From Octopus vulgaris (Eukaryota), in assembly GCA_951406725.2 (NCBI GenBank), contig OX597834.1, positions 9,858,001-9,922,000 of the forward strand: 64,000 bases of DNA, written 5' to 3'. A program made the position numbers and the translations under genes. Positions 12,532-23,830 of the stretch are shown in pieces (positions within the stretch are counted from its first letter, which is position 1; the number at the start of each line of letters is the position of its first letter). The notes under the pieces were generated by a model, which saw only the letters and a list, made by a program, of their open reading frames with translations, ran no database searches and was not told the origin of the DNA.

Positions 12532-12822
12532 ACAGTTTAAATTAATGGTGTGTTTTATTGTGTGTGGAACATTTAACCGAGACCCAACATTAGCTTCTTA
12601 TGTTATTTTGCACACATAGTTAAAAATTCCCCATGTTCACTTGTAACGGGTTCTCGTTTCAACAATCTGAATGAATGAGAGAAAAATAATGAACCCAGGT
12701 TAGTTTTAAACACATGCATGATATGATTAACAGCTTTGCTGTTATTCAGATCATAAAGCTCAATGTAGATTTTAATCTTACTAAAATACTCGCACACGCA
12801 CGTAAGAAGAATTGTTAGCATT

Positions 12823-13122
12823 GTTCCTTCTCGAGCCATGCCTGGCTCATAAGGGCCGGTTTCCCGGTTTCCTTGGCGTATAGATTCTTCCCCTGGACGG
12901 GACGCCGGTCCGTCGCAGGTGAGCTGCAAGATGCAGGAGGAAAGAGTGAGAGAAAGTTGTGGCAAAAGAGTCAACAGAAGGTCGCCATTACCCTCTGCCG
13001 GAGCCGTGTGAAGCTTAGGTGTTTTGCTCATAAATTGACACATATCTCCCGATCTGAGATTCGATCCTGTGATCCCGCGACCGCGTGTCCGCTGCTCTAA
13101 CCATTAGGCCATGTACCTCCAC
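12823..13122 (-). mobile_element. tRNA-derived SINE (head H2, body B2, V-like tail T3)
   Basis: Reverse complement reads GTGGAGGTACATGGCCTAATGGTTAGAGCAGCGGAC...CTCACCTGCGACGGACCGGCGTCCCGTCCAGG; GTTAGCATT repeated at 12814-12822 and 13127-13135. Confidence 0.85.
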
Positions 13123-13136
13123 ACTAGTTAGCATTA

Positions 13137-13272
13137 CGAGTAAAAGGCTTAGTGGCATTTCGTCCATCCTTACTTTCTGAATTGAAATTCCACCGGGGTC
13201 AATTTTGCTTTTCAGTTTTTCAGGATCGTGGGAATAAGTATAAATTGAGCACGGGGATGATGTAATTGACTT
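13137..13272 (+). mobile_element. Old, degenerate SINE family A relative
   Basis: GCTTAGTGGCATTTCGTCC...GAAATTCCACCGGGGTCAATTTTGC...GGGGATGATGTAATTGACTT. Confidence 0.6.
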
Positions 13273-13335
13273 AAATATTCCTTGGTATGAGTATAAAAAC
13301 TTCACCCCTCTGACAAGCCATGTTCAACAAGAGTT

Positions 13336-13642
13336 GTGGAGGCATATGGCCTAGTGGTTAGAGCAGCGGACTCGCGGTCGAGTGATCCCGGGTGCAAATC
13401 TCAGCCCGGGCGATGTGTGCGTTTATGAGCGAATCTTCTAAGCTCCAAGCGACTCCGGCAGAAAGTAATGGCGAACTTCTGCTGACTCTTCCGCCATAAC
13501 TTTCTCTCACTCTTTCCTCCTGCATCTTGCAGCTCACCTGCGACGGACCGGCGTCCCGTCCCGGTGAGGAACCTATACGCCAAGGAAATCGGGAAACTGG
13601 CCATTATGAATCAAGCATGGCTCGAGAAGGAACAAACAAGAA
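13336..13642 (+). mobile_element. tRNA-derived SINE (H2/B2/T3), inverted relative to 12823-13122
   Basis: GTGGAGGCATATGGCCTAGTGGTTAGAGCAGCGGACTCGCGGTCG...GCATGGCTCGAGAAGGAAC. Confidence 0.85.
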
Positions 13643-14539
13643 CACGAGTTGGCTCATCAAAACTGTATGGTCTCAAGTTGACATTCACGGCCTCCACATT
13701 GGTCGGTGGAGAAAAACTGCTTGAGCCGTCGTCCTGTGGTGGACTGAACATGAGCAATCGAATTCAATCCTATCCAATCGAAATATCAATCATAATTGGG
13801 ATCGTATTTCATATATGTAGGTACTACTAAGTGAAGTTGGGTAGAACTGATTAGAGGATTTGTGAATCAGAATAGAACGGATCATAACTATACTCTCCCA
13901 CTGCCCCTGAGTATGTGTATGCGCATGCGTGAGAGTGAGTCTGTCTCATCAAATATTCAACATTACATGCTACACAAAATTAGAGTAGAAAATGTCAGCG
14001 GCATTTACTTACACTTTTATGATGTGTGAAGAATTATCAGTTATTTGCCATAATTTTTTTTATATTTTGTTATATTGCTTTCATTGAGTATACTATTACA
14101 TATATTTTATTTTTGTCTTGTATTAAATTAATTCCGTTTTGACACTAGTATGACTATGGAAATAAGAGGTGCTTGAAATATCGATTTAACAACTTGATCG
14201 AAATATTCATTCGTATAAATGATTACAATATTGTTGCTGAAAGCGTTTCTTTAGCAAGCCAGCAGGGATGTCACATCCCATTAAAACTTGGCTCCTAGCA
14301 ATTTTATATTTGTAGATTTTATATCTTTCAATGAAATATTATATTTTTATTTTTATACTACAGCGAAAAAGAGATAAAATACTTAAATATATATATAAAA
14401 TACAATACTTATAAATGAAAATATTTTCTATGGAAATACCTTCCAAGTATAACAAGGACATAATCTGTTAAGCAGGATAATTTTATTTTTAGCTGCATTT
14501 TATTTTGTTCTATTCAGCATATAGCAAATAAAGAGTAAA

Positions 14540-14807
14540 GTGTGTGTGTGTGTGTATACATATATATACATACATAAACACACACACACACACATATATA
14601 TATATGTATATATACATAAACACACATATATATATGTATGTATATATATGTATATATATGTGTGTATATATATGTGTATATATATGTGTATATATGTATG
14701 TATATATTTATGTGATATATGTGTGTATATGTATGTGTGTATATATATGTGTATATGTATGTGTGTATATATATATGTATATATATATGTGTGTATATGT
14801 GTGTATA

Positions 14808-14842
<35 letters not shown>

Positions 14843-14935
14843 GTGTTTATATATATATGTGTGTGTGTATATATATATATATGCGTGTATATATATATAT
14901 ATATATATATGTGTGTATATATATATGTATGTATA
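14540..14935. repeat. TG/TA/CA compound microsatellite
   Basis: Direct reading. Confidence 0.95.
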
Positions 14936-15821
14936 CCAATTCTTGCTTAAAAGTTCTCCAATGCTCTCCCGTGATTACGATTCTACACGAACCTTTCTAG
15001 TGTATAATGTTATTGAGTTTCTGTCCAAATTTAATATTCTATTCGCTAAAACCTAAGAAAAAAAAAATAGACTAAAATACGAAAGGGATGTTGTAGAAAT
15101 GAAACTACAAAGAAAGGAAAAAAAAAACCAAACACACACACACAAAAAAAAGAGAAAATAATTCATCACTTAACGCTGAAATAACATGATGCAGAAGAAA
15201 ATTATTCTCCGATGAAAGCAGTAATGCATGGTTGGAATTTTAAATAATGTTTTTGTACACAGGGCATTCTGGGTAAAATAGTTATCTAGCTTGATTTGCG
15301 TAACATAACATATTTAGTCTAATACTGTCATTTTCTTTCTTTCAGCTTTATATGTGATGTTAACTGTAGTTCAACTCATAAATTTTAATTCAATTAATAT
15401 TTCGCTCTAACATGCTGCGCAGAATATAATTGACTTATAAATAATTTCTGTCATTTTTCTTTTTCATCTCTCGTGCCTTCAGTTTTCCGCATTATTACAT
15501 TATAATAAATGATTTCCTATGTATATATATATATATATTTATGAACGCCTTGTCACCAAGATAATAAGTGTGTTAGACAGCGACCACTGACTAAAGTAAA
15601 TGCAAGACTCAACTTCATTATATGTATATCACTTAGAAAAGTTTCGAGAACTTTCTGTTCGTGGCATAATACATAATGAACGATTCTGTACAAAGAAGAG
15701 AAAAAAATTCTTGATTTAAGAGAAAAAGATCCATGTGTGTCCACTGGCATTTCTTAAAAATTGTGAATGATATTGAATTCTATCGACAAATATTCGGTTC
15801 ATTTATATATTTACATTTATA

Positions 15822-16020
15822 TTTTACTTGTATCAGTCATTAGTCTCTGGTCATGCTGGGGCACCGTCTTGAAGAATTCTTAGTTGAATTTATTTGACAC
15901 TTTTAATTTATTTAATTTTATGCCTGTTACTTATATTATTTACTCTATTGCTGAGCTGCTAAGTTATAGGGACATAAACAAAACAACGCCGGTTGTCAAG
16001 CAGTGAAGAGGGGAAAACAC
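15822..16020 (-). mobile_element. SINE family B, diverged 3' half
   Basis: TTTTACTTGTATCAGTCAT..CATGCTGGGGCACCG..CTAAGTTA..CGGTTGTCAAGC. Confidence 0.7.
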
Positions 16021-16135
16021 CTGCACAAGTAATAATAATAATAATAATAATAATAATTATTATTATTATTATTACTTTTCATTTTTGGGTTTCGTTTGCA
16101 AGATTCTTTATACGAGTTCGTGTGTTGAAGCATAT

Positions 16136-16527
16136 TCTGTTGTGTCTGGGGAGAGCCATTCTCTTTTAGTGCCTTATAATTTAACACACTCACCGGTAAA
16201 ATTTCCACTTATTTCTTATTTTTATTTTCTAAAATTTTCGTTGCGTCTTGCAACCTTTTCAATAGTTTTGACTCTGTCCGTTATTTACACTGCGTTCCCT
16301 TTTGTTTGTTTGTGCGCATGTGTGTGGGTCAGTGTGTGTTTGTGCCTATACATGCATACATGTACCTATGTATGTGTGTGTGTGTGTGTTTGCATATGTA
16401 TTGAAAAGTTTGCAAGACGCAACGAAAATTTTAGAAAATAAAAATAAGAAATAAGTGGAAATTTTACCGGTGAGTGTGTTAAATTATAAGGCACTAAAAG
16501 AGAATGACTCTCCTCAGACACAACAGA
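16136..16527. repeat. Long inverted repeat (129-bp arms, 134-bp spacer), probably PLE-derived
   Basis: Arms 16136-16264 and 16399-16527 with 3 mismatches by eye; each arm carries a hammerhead-like motif; (ATT)n arrays on both sides. Confidence 0.9.
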
Positions 16528-16584
16528 TTATTATTATTATTATTGTTATATGTTTGACTTTTGCGTTGTATTTTACAAGTTGGC

Positions 16585-17790
16585 TCCAAGCCTCACCCAG
16601 AGACCTCAAGAGACAACAAGTTAAAACTTCATGTCGGTGTTATGACTAGGATGTCATATATTTGGGTTTGCACGTTAGTATTGTTCTAGATAATGTTTAA
16701 GAAAACAAGAAAATTATGAGTTTGTTTTGAATGCTCAAGATCCAGAGGAGTGAAATGTGATCATTTTCAAGCACCGGTTTTTATCATGGTGTAGGTTCAG
16801 ATTTTTGCAAATTACTCGCTGAATATATTGTGCAGCCCTATCATACCAGTAGGCACAAGAAGACTGCACATGGAGACATCATGATCAATGGTTTCGTTGT
16901 GTTGTTGACATACACGACATTTTGGGCAGCTGCCGTTCTTTAATATGTTGACCTGGTAGTTTCTTGTAGGTAGGCATTGATCTTGGGCTGCTATGAGAAA
17001 CCCTCTGTTTCTGATTTTAAACCAGAAGCCATTAATCATTGATGGGTAAGGGCTTTGTCAACATAAGCATTTTTAGCTCTCTTTAGATATTTGCCATTGA
17101 GTGGTTTTTCTAGCCATTCATCAGTAAGAATATCTAAGGCAGCAATTTTCGCACGGGTTTTCATATGTCTAGCTTTTATGTGCTTGTTTCTCCTACATTT
17201 AATTCTGGAATTTGTTGTGTTTGGAATTCTCTCATATAATCCTTTACCTGTTTTGTGACTGACTATGATGCTTTGTTGTTTTCATGTTTTGAGATAAGTT
17301 TTAACATTCAATCCTCAGTGTTTTTTAAGTAGGTGTCTAGGCCAATTGTGACACTATTCATTGTTAATTCCATTTGTAAAAGTTCACGGCCTTCCTCATA
17401 TCTTGGCAGATAAAGTCGTACTATATATGCTTTAGGTTGGTGCATTCTATGCATTGTCAACAATTTTCGTATTTTTCTATCAACATCACATATTTTAGTA
17501 ATTAATCAGTTAATGATACTGAAACTATAAGTCTCGATTGTTATGGTTAAAGTATTGATCGCTTCGATCCTGGCTCTTACATTCAGCTGTGTCTTGAGTA
17601 TTGCTCTTACCCGGGAATAACATTCTCTTCTGATTCCTTCCGTCATCACTTAATGTTTGATTCTGCCCCCTTCAAATAACCCTAGGTATTTGCAGCTCTC
17701 CGCTGGTTCTAACTCCTTTATGACATTCTGCTAGTCAAGGTTAACGTTAGATGTTTCTATCACGTTTGGCTTTTCTTTGTATTTGTACAA
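16585..17790 (-). mobile_element. R4/Dong-type (RLE) non-LTR retrotransposon fragment, degenerate
   Basis: Minus translation includes SCKYLGLFEG, RKIRKLLTMHRMHQPKAYIVRLYLPRYEEGRELLQMEL and GFLIAAQDQCLPTRNY..CPKCRVCQQHNETIDH (RT C-terminus and CCHC region); joins a 3' UTR with most of the RLE domain deleted. Confidence 0.85.
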
Positions 17791-17799
17791 ATTCCCTCG

Positions 17800-17905
17800 A
17801 AGTCTCACCCCAGAGACCTCAAGAGACAACAAGTTAGAATTTAGTGTTATGACTACGGTTCCACATATTTGGTTTTTTAGAGTATTGTTCTAGAGAATAT
17901 CTGTC
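17800..17905 (-). mobile_element. Second 3'-UTR fragment of the same R4/Dong family
   Basis: CTCACCCCAGAGACCTCAAGAGACAACAAGTTA and GTATTGTTCTAGA match 16591-16690. Confidence 0.75.
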
Positions 17906-18051
17906 AAACCACAAGTAAATTGGTCGTTTGTTTTAAGAATAATTTGATTATAAGGTGATAGTGTGACACGCACTCTACCTATTTGAGGTAATGTTACATA
18001 TTCGTTAAAAATTGTTGTAGGTTATTATATGATCCATGATAATTCTACACC

Positions 18052-18233
18052 GTATTTCGTCTGCCGTTACGATCTGGGTTCAAATTCCGCCGAGGTCGAC
18101 TTTGCCTTTCATCCTTTCGGGTTGATAAATTAAGTACCAGTTACGCACTGAGGTCGATATAATCAACTTAATCCGTTTGTCGGTCTTTGTTTGTCCCCTC
18201 TGTGTTTAGCCCCTTGTGGGTAGTAAAGAAATA
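18052..18233 (+). mobile_element. SINE family A, 5'-truncated, with 16-bp TSD
   Basis: Begins GTATTTCGTCTGCCG; TSD TATATGATCCATGATA at 18026-18041 and 18234-18249. Confidence 0.9.
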
Positions 18234-18393
18234 TATATGATCCATGATAGTTTATTGATTTATATCATGATATCACCTGAGAAAACTTGACGTAGTTGCA
18301 TCATTTTCTAGAAATAATAGTTAAATCTCTCTGTCATATCCTTCCATTGGTTTTAAGCTCACATCAATCTTTTCATATGTCTGCGATTGATTA

Positions 18394-18726
18394 GGGTAAA
18401 GACCCCCTTCGGTCATGAATGACCATGGGATTGCACCTAGAAAGTTACCCTCCTAGACACAAGTCCGGGCAAGGTTGTTTTATGGAAGACCAGCAGTCGC
18501 CCATGCATACCAGCCTCCCTTCTCCACGCCACCAGTGTTATCCAAGGGAAAGACAAAGGTCGATACAGCTTGGCACCTGTGACGTCGCAACTCATTTCTA
18601 CAGCTGAGTGAACTGGAGCAACGTGAAATAAAGTGCCTTGCTCAAGAACACAACACGCAGCCCGGTCCGGGATTCGAGCTCAATCCTCACGATCGTAAGC
18701 TCGACGCTCTAACCACTGAGCCATGC
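18394..18726 (-). mobile_element. tRNA-derived SINE (H1/B1/tail T2)
   Basis: Same head and body as 1443 but a different tail; TGCGATTGATTA at 18382-18393 and 18724-18735; paralog at 61318-61649. Confidence 0.85.
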
Positions 18727-19774
18727 GATTGATTATATTTCTTATTATCGTTTTGCACCGAGTCAGCCATGATTGTGCAACTCAATGATGAAAGGCCATC
18801 TTGCCTTCACCATCCACATAATTTTTGCGTCTGTTGTAGAATATTTTGCCATCCCGGGTGTTATTTTAGATTAGCTTTGGAATATTGTAGGAGAAGCAAT
18901 ATGAGGGCAATGTGGCTTTCTTACTAGCTCGTTATTTACACGTATGCCAACATAGTAAATAAAGGTAAATGTTAATTTTAGTTTATTACAAAACAAATGA
19001 AGGAGAACAATGGACTTTTAATGTACTATAGTGAAATGATGTAAATAGACTCGGAATCAAAAGTTTAAAGACTTTGAGAAGATAAATGAATGTAATTTTA
19101 ACGAGGAATTCAAAACGGGTCACTAACTTCGTTCAAAGTAGACTTAAATACTACCAAACATCACCCACTGATTTACACTAAGATGAATGATGTCTTTTTA
19201 TCCCGAAGTGGAAAGAAACCTTCAACTTTTATATAACAGACGGCTACATTAATTGTACGATCCAAGACGTTTAAAACTTCGCAGAAATTTAACCAGGAAC
19301 AACAATCGGTTGAACTCTATCTAAAATATGTTATGTACACCGCCTCATTAATTTTCCTTCTGAAGTAATGATCTTATTTATGTGACTTCTATTGTAGAAT
19401 TACATTATATTTCCTTAGGATTTGAATAAGCAAAGGCGGTTTCATTTCAGTGTTCATGAAGAAGGAGAGGTCTAACTTGGACATGTTTATTAACCCTATG
19501 AAAGAATAGCAGAAAATATCAAAGAAGAAATTCCATTTTATTATGATTAAGAAGTATCAAGTTTGTGTAAAATGCCGAGAGATATTTTCTAATCGCGAAA
19601 TAACTTTCGATATATCTTTTGAAATATCCGTGCTCTCACGCAAGCGCTAACCTCCTACCCATGTAGGGAATTACAAGTAATAAATTTAATTATATGAAAA
19701 AAACATATGTGGTGCTATATGTATTTCTGTTTATCTATGCATATAAATGCTCGTGAAAGAAAATGGAATAACAG

Positions 19775-19955
19775 AGGAATAAACGATTATCTTAGGAACT
19801 TCATTAGCTTACAGCTGTTTCTGCACGCCTGAGAAATAGCAAGGCTTCGTCGGAGAAATATTCTTATTACCGCTCTGAATCGTTTGTCGATTATATTGAG
19901 TTCTACACCAGGTTATTAATCTTGCAATGCCCGAGCGAAATATTAATGTTGTTGT
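19775..19955 (-). mobile_element. Short PLE-like repeat with a degenerate hammerhead-like motif
   Basis: Minus strand: TCT-CCGACGA-A-GCCT..AGGC-GTGCA-GAAA-CAGCTG-TA-AG. Confidence 0.4.
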
Positions 19956-20930
19956 ATATATACAAGCATATATACATTTATATATATATGTACGCTAACA
20001 TGAACATACACACACACACACACATATATATGTATATACATAAATACATAGATTCACACATATACACTCAAGGCATACAAGCAGAAACATACAGGCAAGT
20101 ATATATGAATATACACATTTATATAACTTATAAATATATATATATATATATATAAACATATATACAGACATAAATACATATATGTATATTTATTTATATA
20201 TCTATTTATAATTCCTGCATATTTATGAACAAAATTAATTTCAGTTATTTAGGAATTACTATAATGGCTCTCCTACCACGAGCAGGTACGTAGTAATTAA
20301 CTGCCTCATCTAACGATTAGAACAGGCAAATTAAATCAATAAAACTTACTGATTTATCAAGCAATGAAAACGTAAAACAATTGAAACCTCGTAGTGTATC
20401 AAACAGGAACAACGACCAAATCCTTCATTTGATATAAATAAAGGAATAACACTCATCGATGCCGGGGCGCTGCTTTGCTAGTAGAGCACTCTGTTTTTAT
20501 ATCTCCGTATATTACAGCTTTATCCCCCAGATGTCCTGTGATACAAGTTCATAGTTCGGAAGGGCACATACAAGTATCGCAGCAAACGAGGATCTTCTGT
20601 ACATTCTTCTTTTACTTCTTCATCAAACTCTATTTTATCTTATTCCAAATTTCATATTTTCATATATTGTCTCAGCTATTTATTAAGATTTATTCATAAT
20701 TTAATCCACTTCTAATTTTCCAAATGCTAAACATTTATTAATATATTTTCATTTATATGAAACATTGCCTATCAAATATTAGTTCCCGCTCAATACAATT
20801 ACTACAAACAATTTCGATTCGACCTAATACATACACGCATACATATATATATGCACACACATATATACACACACCTATATATATGTATGTGTGTGAGTCA
20901 AGGTAGAAAATGCTAAAAACTTTTCTCGTG

Positions 20931-21111
20931 AACGCCCTTCCAACATCGGTGGCGGCTGCGTCCGTGGGCCGTACCGCGAGCGTGGGTTCGTTCTTTCGGT
21001 TTCGGGCACGGTAGCGCGGCGGAGGAACGGGCTACCGGCGCGGGTCTGCCGCTAACGGCCTCGCGGCTCTTGGACGAACTCGAGCGTCACTGAAACATTT
21101 TCAACTCTAAG
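20931..21111 (+). pseudogene. GC-rich orphan, possibly an rDNA ITS1 3' end plus the first bases of 5.8S rRNA
   Basis: Abrupt GC/CpG island in AT-rich DNA, stem CGGTAGC/GCTACCG, ending TTTCAACTCTAAG, which matches the recalled start of molluscan 5.8S (AACTCTAAGCGGTGGATC). Confidence 0.45.
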
Positions 21112-21311
21112 TATGAAAAATAATTAAATTTTGCCAAAAAAAATTAATGGAAAAGTTTTTAAAAAGAATATTCGCACAGTATTCAAGTACAAGGAGTATT
21201 TTGCTTGTTTCTACCTCTCTCTGTCTCTCTTGTTTACTCTTTATACCCTACCAAGACCTAACATTCACATACGCACACACATACATGCATATGCATATAT
21301 GTATGTATTTA

Positions 21312-21498
21312 TGACCGCGTGTGTACCGTTGGCGATTTTTTTTCTCTGTCTTCCCTTCTCTGGATCTTTCTATGTTTCCGACGAAGAGCTCCGCTCGAAA
21401 CGTTACACCTTCCTTCTTTCCTGAGCGTCCAATAATACTATATTAGTTCCACGTCCTCGCATTGTTGTGTTTTCTTGTGCTTTCATGTTTGTATTAAC
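21312..21498 (+). mobile_element. Short PLE-like repeat with a hammerhead-like motif, copy 1
   Basis: TGACCGCGTGTGTACCGTTGGCGA...CCGACGAAGAGCTCCGCTCGAAACGTT...; 3' end abuts a (TA)n array; paralog at 44489-44693. Confidence 0.7.
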
Positions 21499-21499
21499 T

Positions 21500-21510
21500 T
21501 TATATATACA

Positions 21511-21545
<35 letters not shown>

Positions 21546-21576
21546 GCATATATATATATATGCATATGTATATATC

Positions 21577-21608
<32 letters not shown>

Positions 21609-21636
21609 TATATACACATATATTCATGTATTTATA

Positions 21637-21670
<34 letters not shown>
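21500..21670. repeat. TA-rich microsatellite
   Basis: Direct reading. Confidence 0.95.
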
Positions 21671-22229
21671 GTTGAAATTTGCAGAAAAACAAAAGACGAA
21701 GACAGGTGTATGAACAACAGGCAGGTGTATCAGTTTGATGCTCGGGAAAGTAAGAAAGTCTTTTACGTTCCCAGCCTACCCTCTTCAACAGAAAGGAATA
21801 TAATGATACACAGATAAATATAGACACAAATAGATAAATATAGACATAGATAGATAGATAGAGAGAAGCAGAGTAAGAGAGAGTGAGAGCATCAAGCAGA
21901 GATGTAGATTGTCGGATGATGGGTAGATGGATGGATTGATGGATAGAGGGATTGATGAATGGATGGATAGACTGACAGACATACGACGACAGACACGCAC
22001 AAAATCTTGCTCAAAATCATATTTATCACTTCTTTATATTGTTTCTGTTAATATATATATTAAATATCTTTACATATACATGAAATCTGTGTTTGAAAAC
22101 CAATTACAGTAGACGGGAAATTATAATTTTTTTCTGTTACGATTGAACATGATACGTATTCTGTCATATTAATGTAAGCTGAATAAAAGCTCGTGTATGA
22201 AGACTTGATAATTACAGAATGTATGTGTA

Positions 22230-22294
22230 TATATATATGTGTGTGTGTGTGTGTATATATATAATCTAAGAGAACGAACGGCATAAATATAAAG

Positions 22295-22352
<58 letters not shown>

Positions 22353-22406
22353 TATATATATATAATCTAAGAGAACGAACGGTATAAATATAAAGATATA
22401 CATATA

Positions 22407-22450
<44 letters not shown>
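22230..22450. repeat. TA arrays with duplicated TATAATCTAAGAGAACGAACGG(C/T)ATAAATATAAAGATATACAT
   Basis: Unit at ~22260 and ~22362. Confidence 0.85.
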
Positions 22451-22451
<1 letters not shown>

Positions 22452-22956
22452 AAACAATCACACACGCACATATATAATTATATACATACACAGATACACG
22501 CAGACACACAAACACGTATCGATAGGAAATTCAATAGTTTTTGCGTATACGTATCCGAAACTTATATACGTATATTCGTGTGTGTATGTTTGTGTTTCAA
22601 TATTATGTGTGCGTGTATTTATTTGTGATACCTGTGTGTATATGTGCGTGTATATGTGTTCGTGTGTCTACATGTTTGCGTTCCTGAAAGCATTTCTGTG
22701 TCTATTGTTTACGTGAGTCTTCCACTAAGGCAGAACATAGAAACATGTATACATGTGTGTAATGTTCGAGTGTTCTTTCTCTTCATCTCCTTCTTTACTA
22801 AAGTATAGATAACAATTTTAAACTTCTGATGAATTCCATTAAATATTAATGCACTGCTCGTTGCTCTGAGCAATAACGCTTTGAGAAAAAATCACTCAAC
22901 AATAAATTATATTTTTCATATTGTAACAAATCGTATCTCATGTGTTTATACATGCT

Positions 22957-23400
<444 letters not shown>

Positions 23401-23465
23401 TACGTATAGTTACACATGAATATATATGCCTATATATGACTTTATTCTAGATACATACTTTAATG

Positions 23466-23504
<39 letters not shown>

Positions 23505-23649
23505 TACACATATATTTATGCACATACACAGACGTGCACGAACATCTACCCACTATTCTGTGTGTGTGTGTGTCTGTGTGGTGTAATAATTTTTCGCATA
23601 TTCATTGCCATAGAACGCGTAATTCAAACTTGTTTTATATTCACATTCA

Positions 23650-23830
23650 TCAACGTCGTCGTCATCCTCCTCATCGTCATCATCTTCATCATCATCATCG
23701 TCATCATTTTGTTTTCCTCCTGAATATCCATCATCAAATTCATCAACACTTCTATTCTACTACTACTACTAGGGCTGCTGCTACTATTACTACTACTACT
23801 ACTAGACTAGTATGTTTACTATTATTATTT
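23650..23830. repeat. (CAT)n and (ACT)n trinucleotide repeats
   Basis: Direct reading. Confidence 0.85.

Noticed and set aside
15205-15235. CCGATGA-AAGC..GC motif
   Set aside because: No GAAA and no stem I; not a complete hammerhead.
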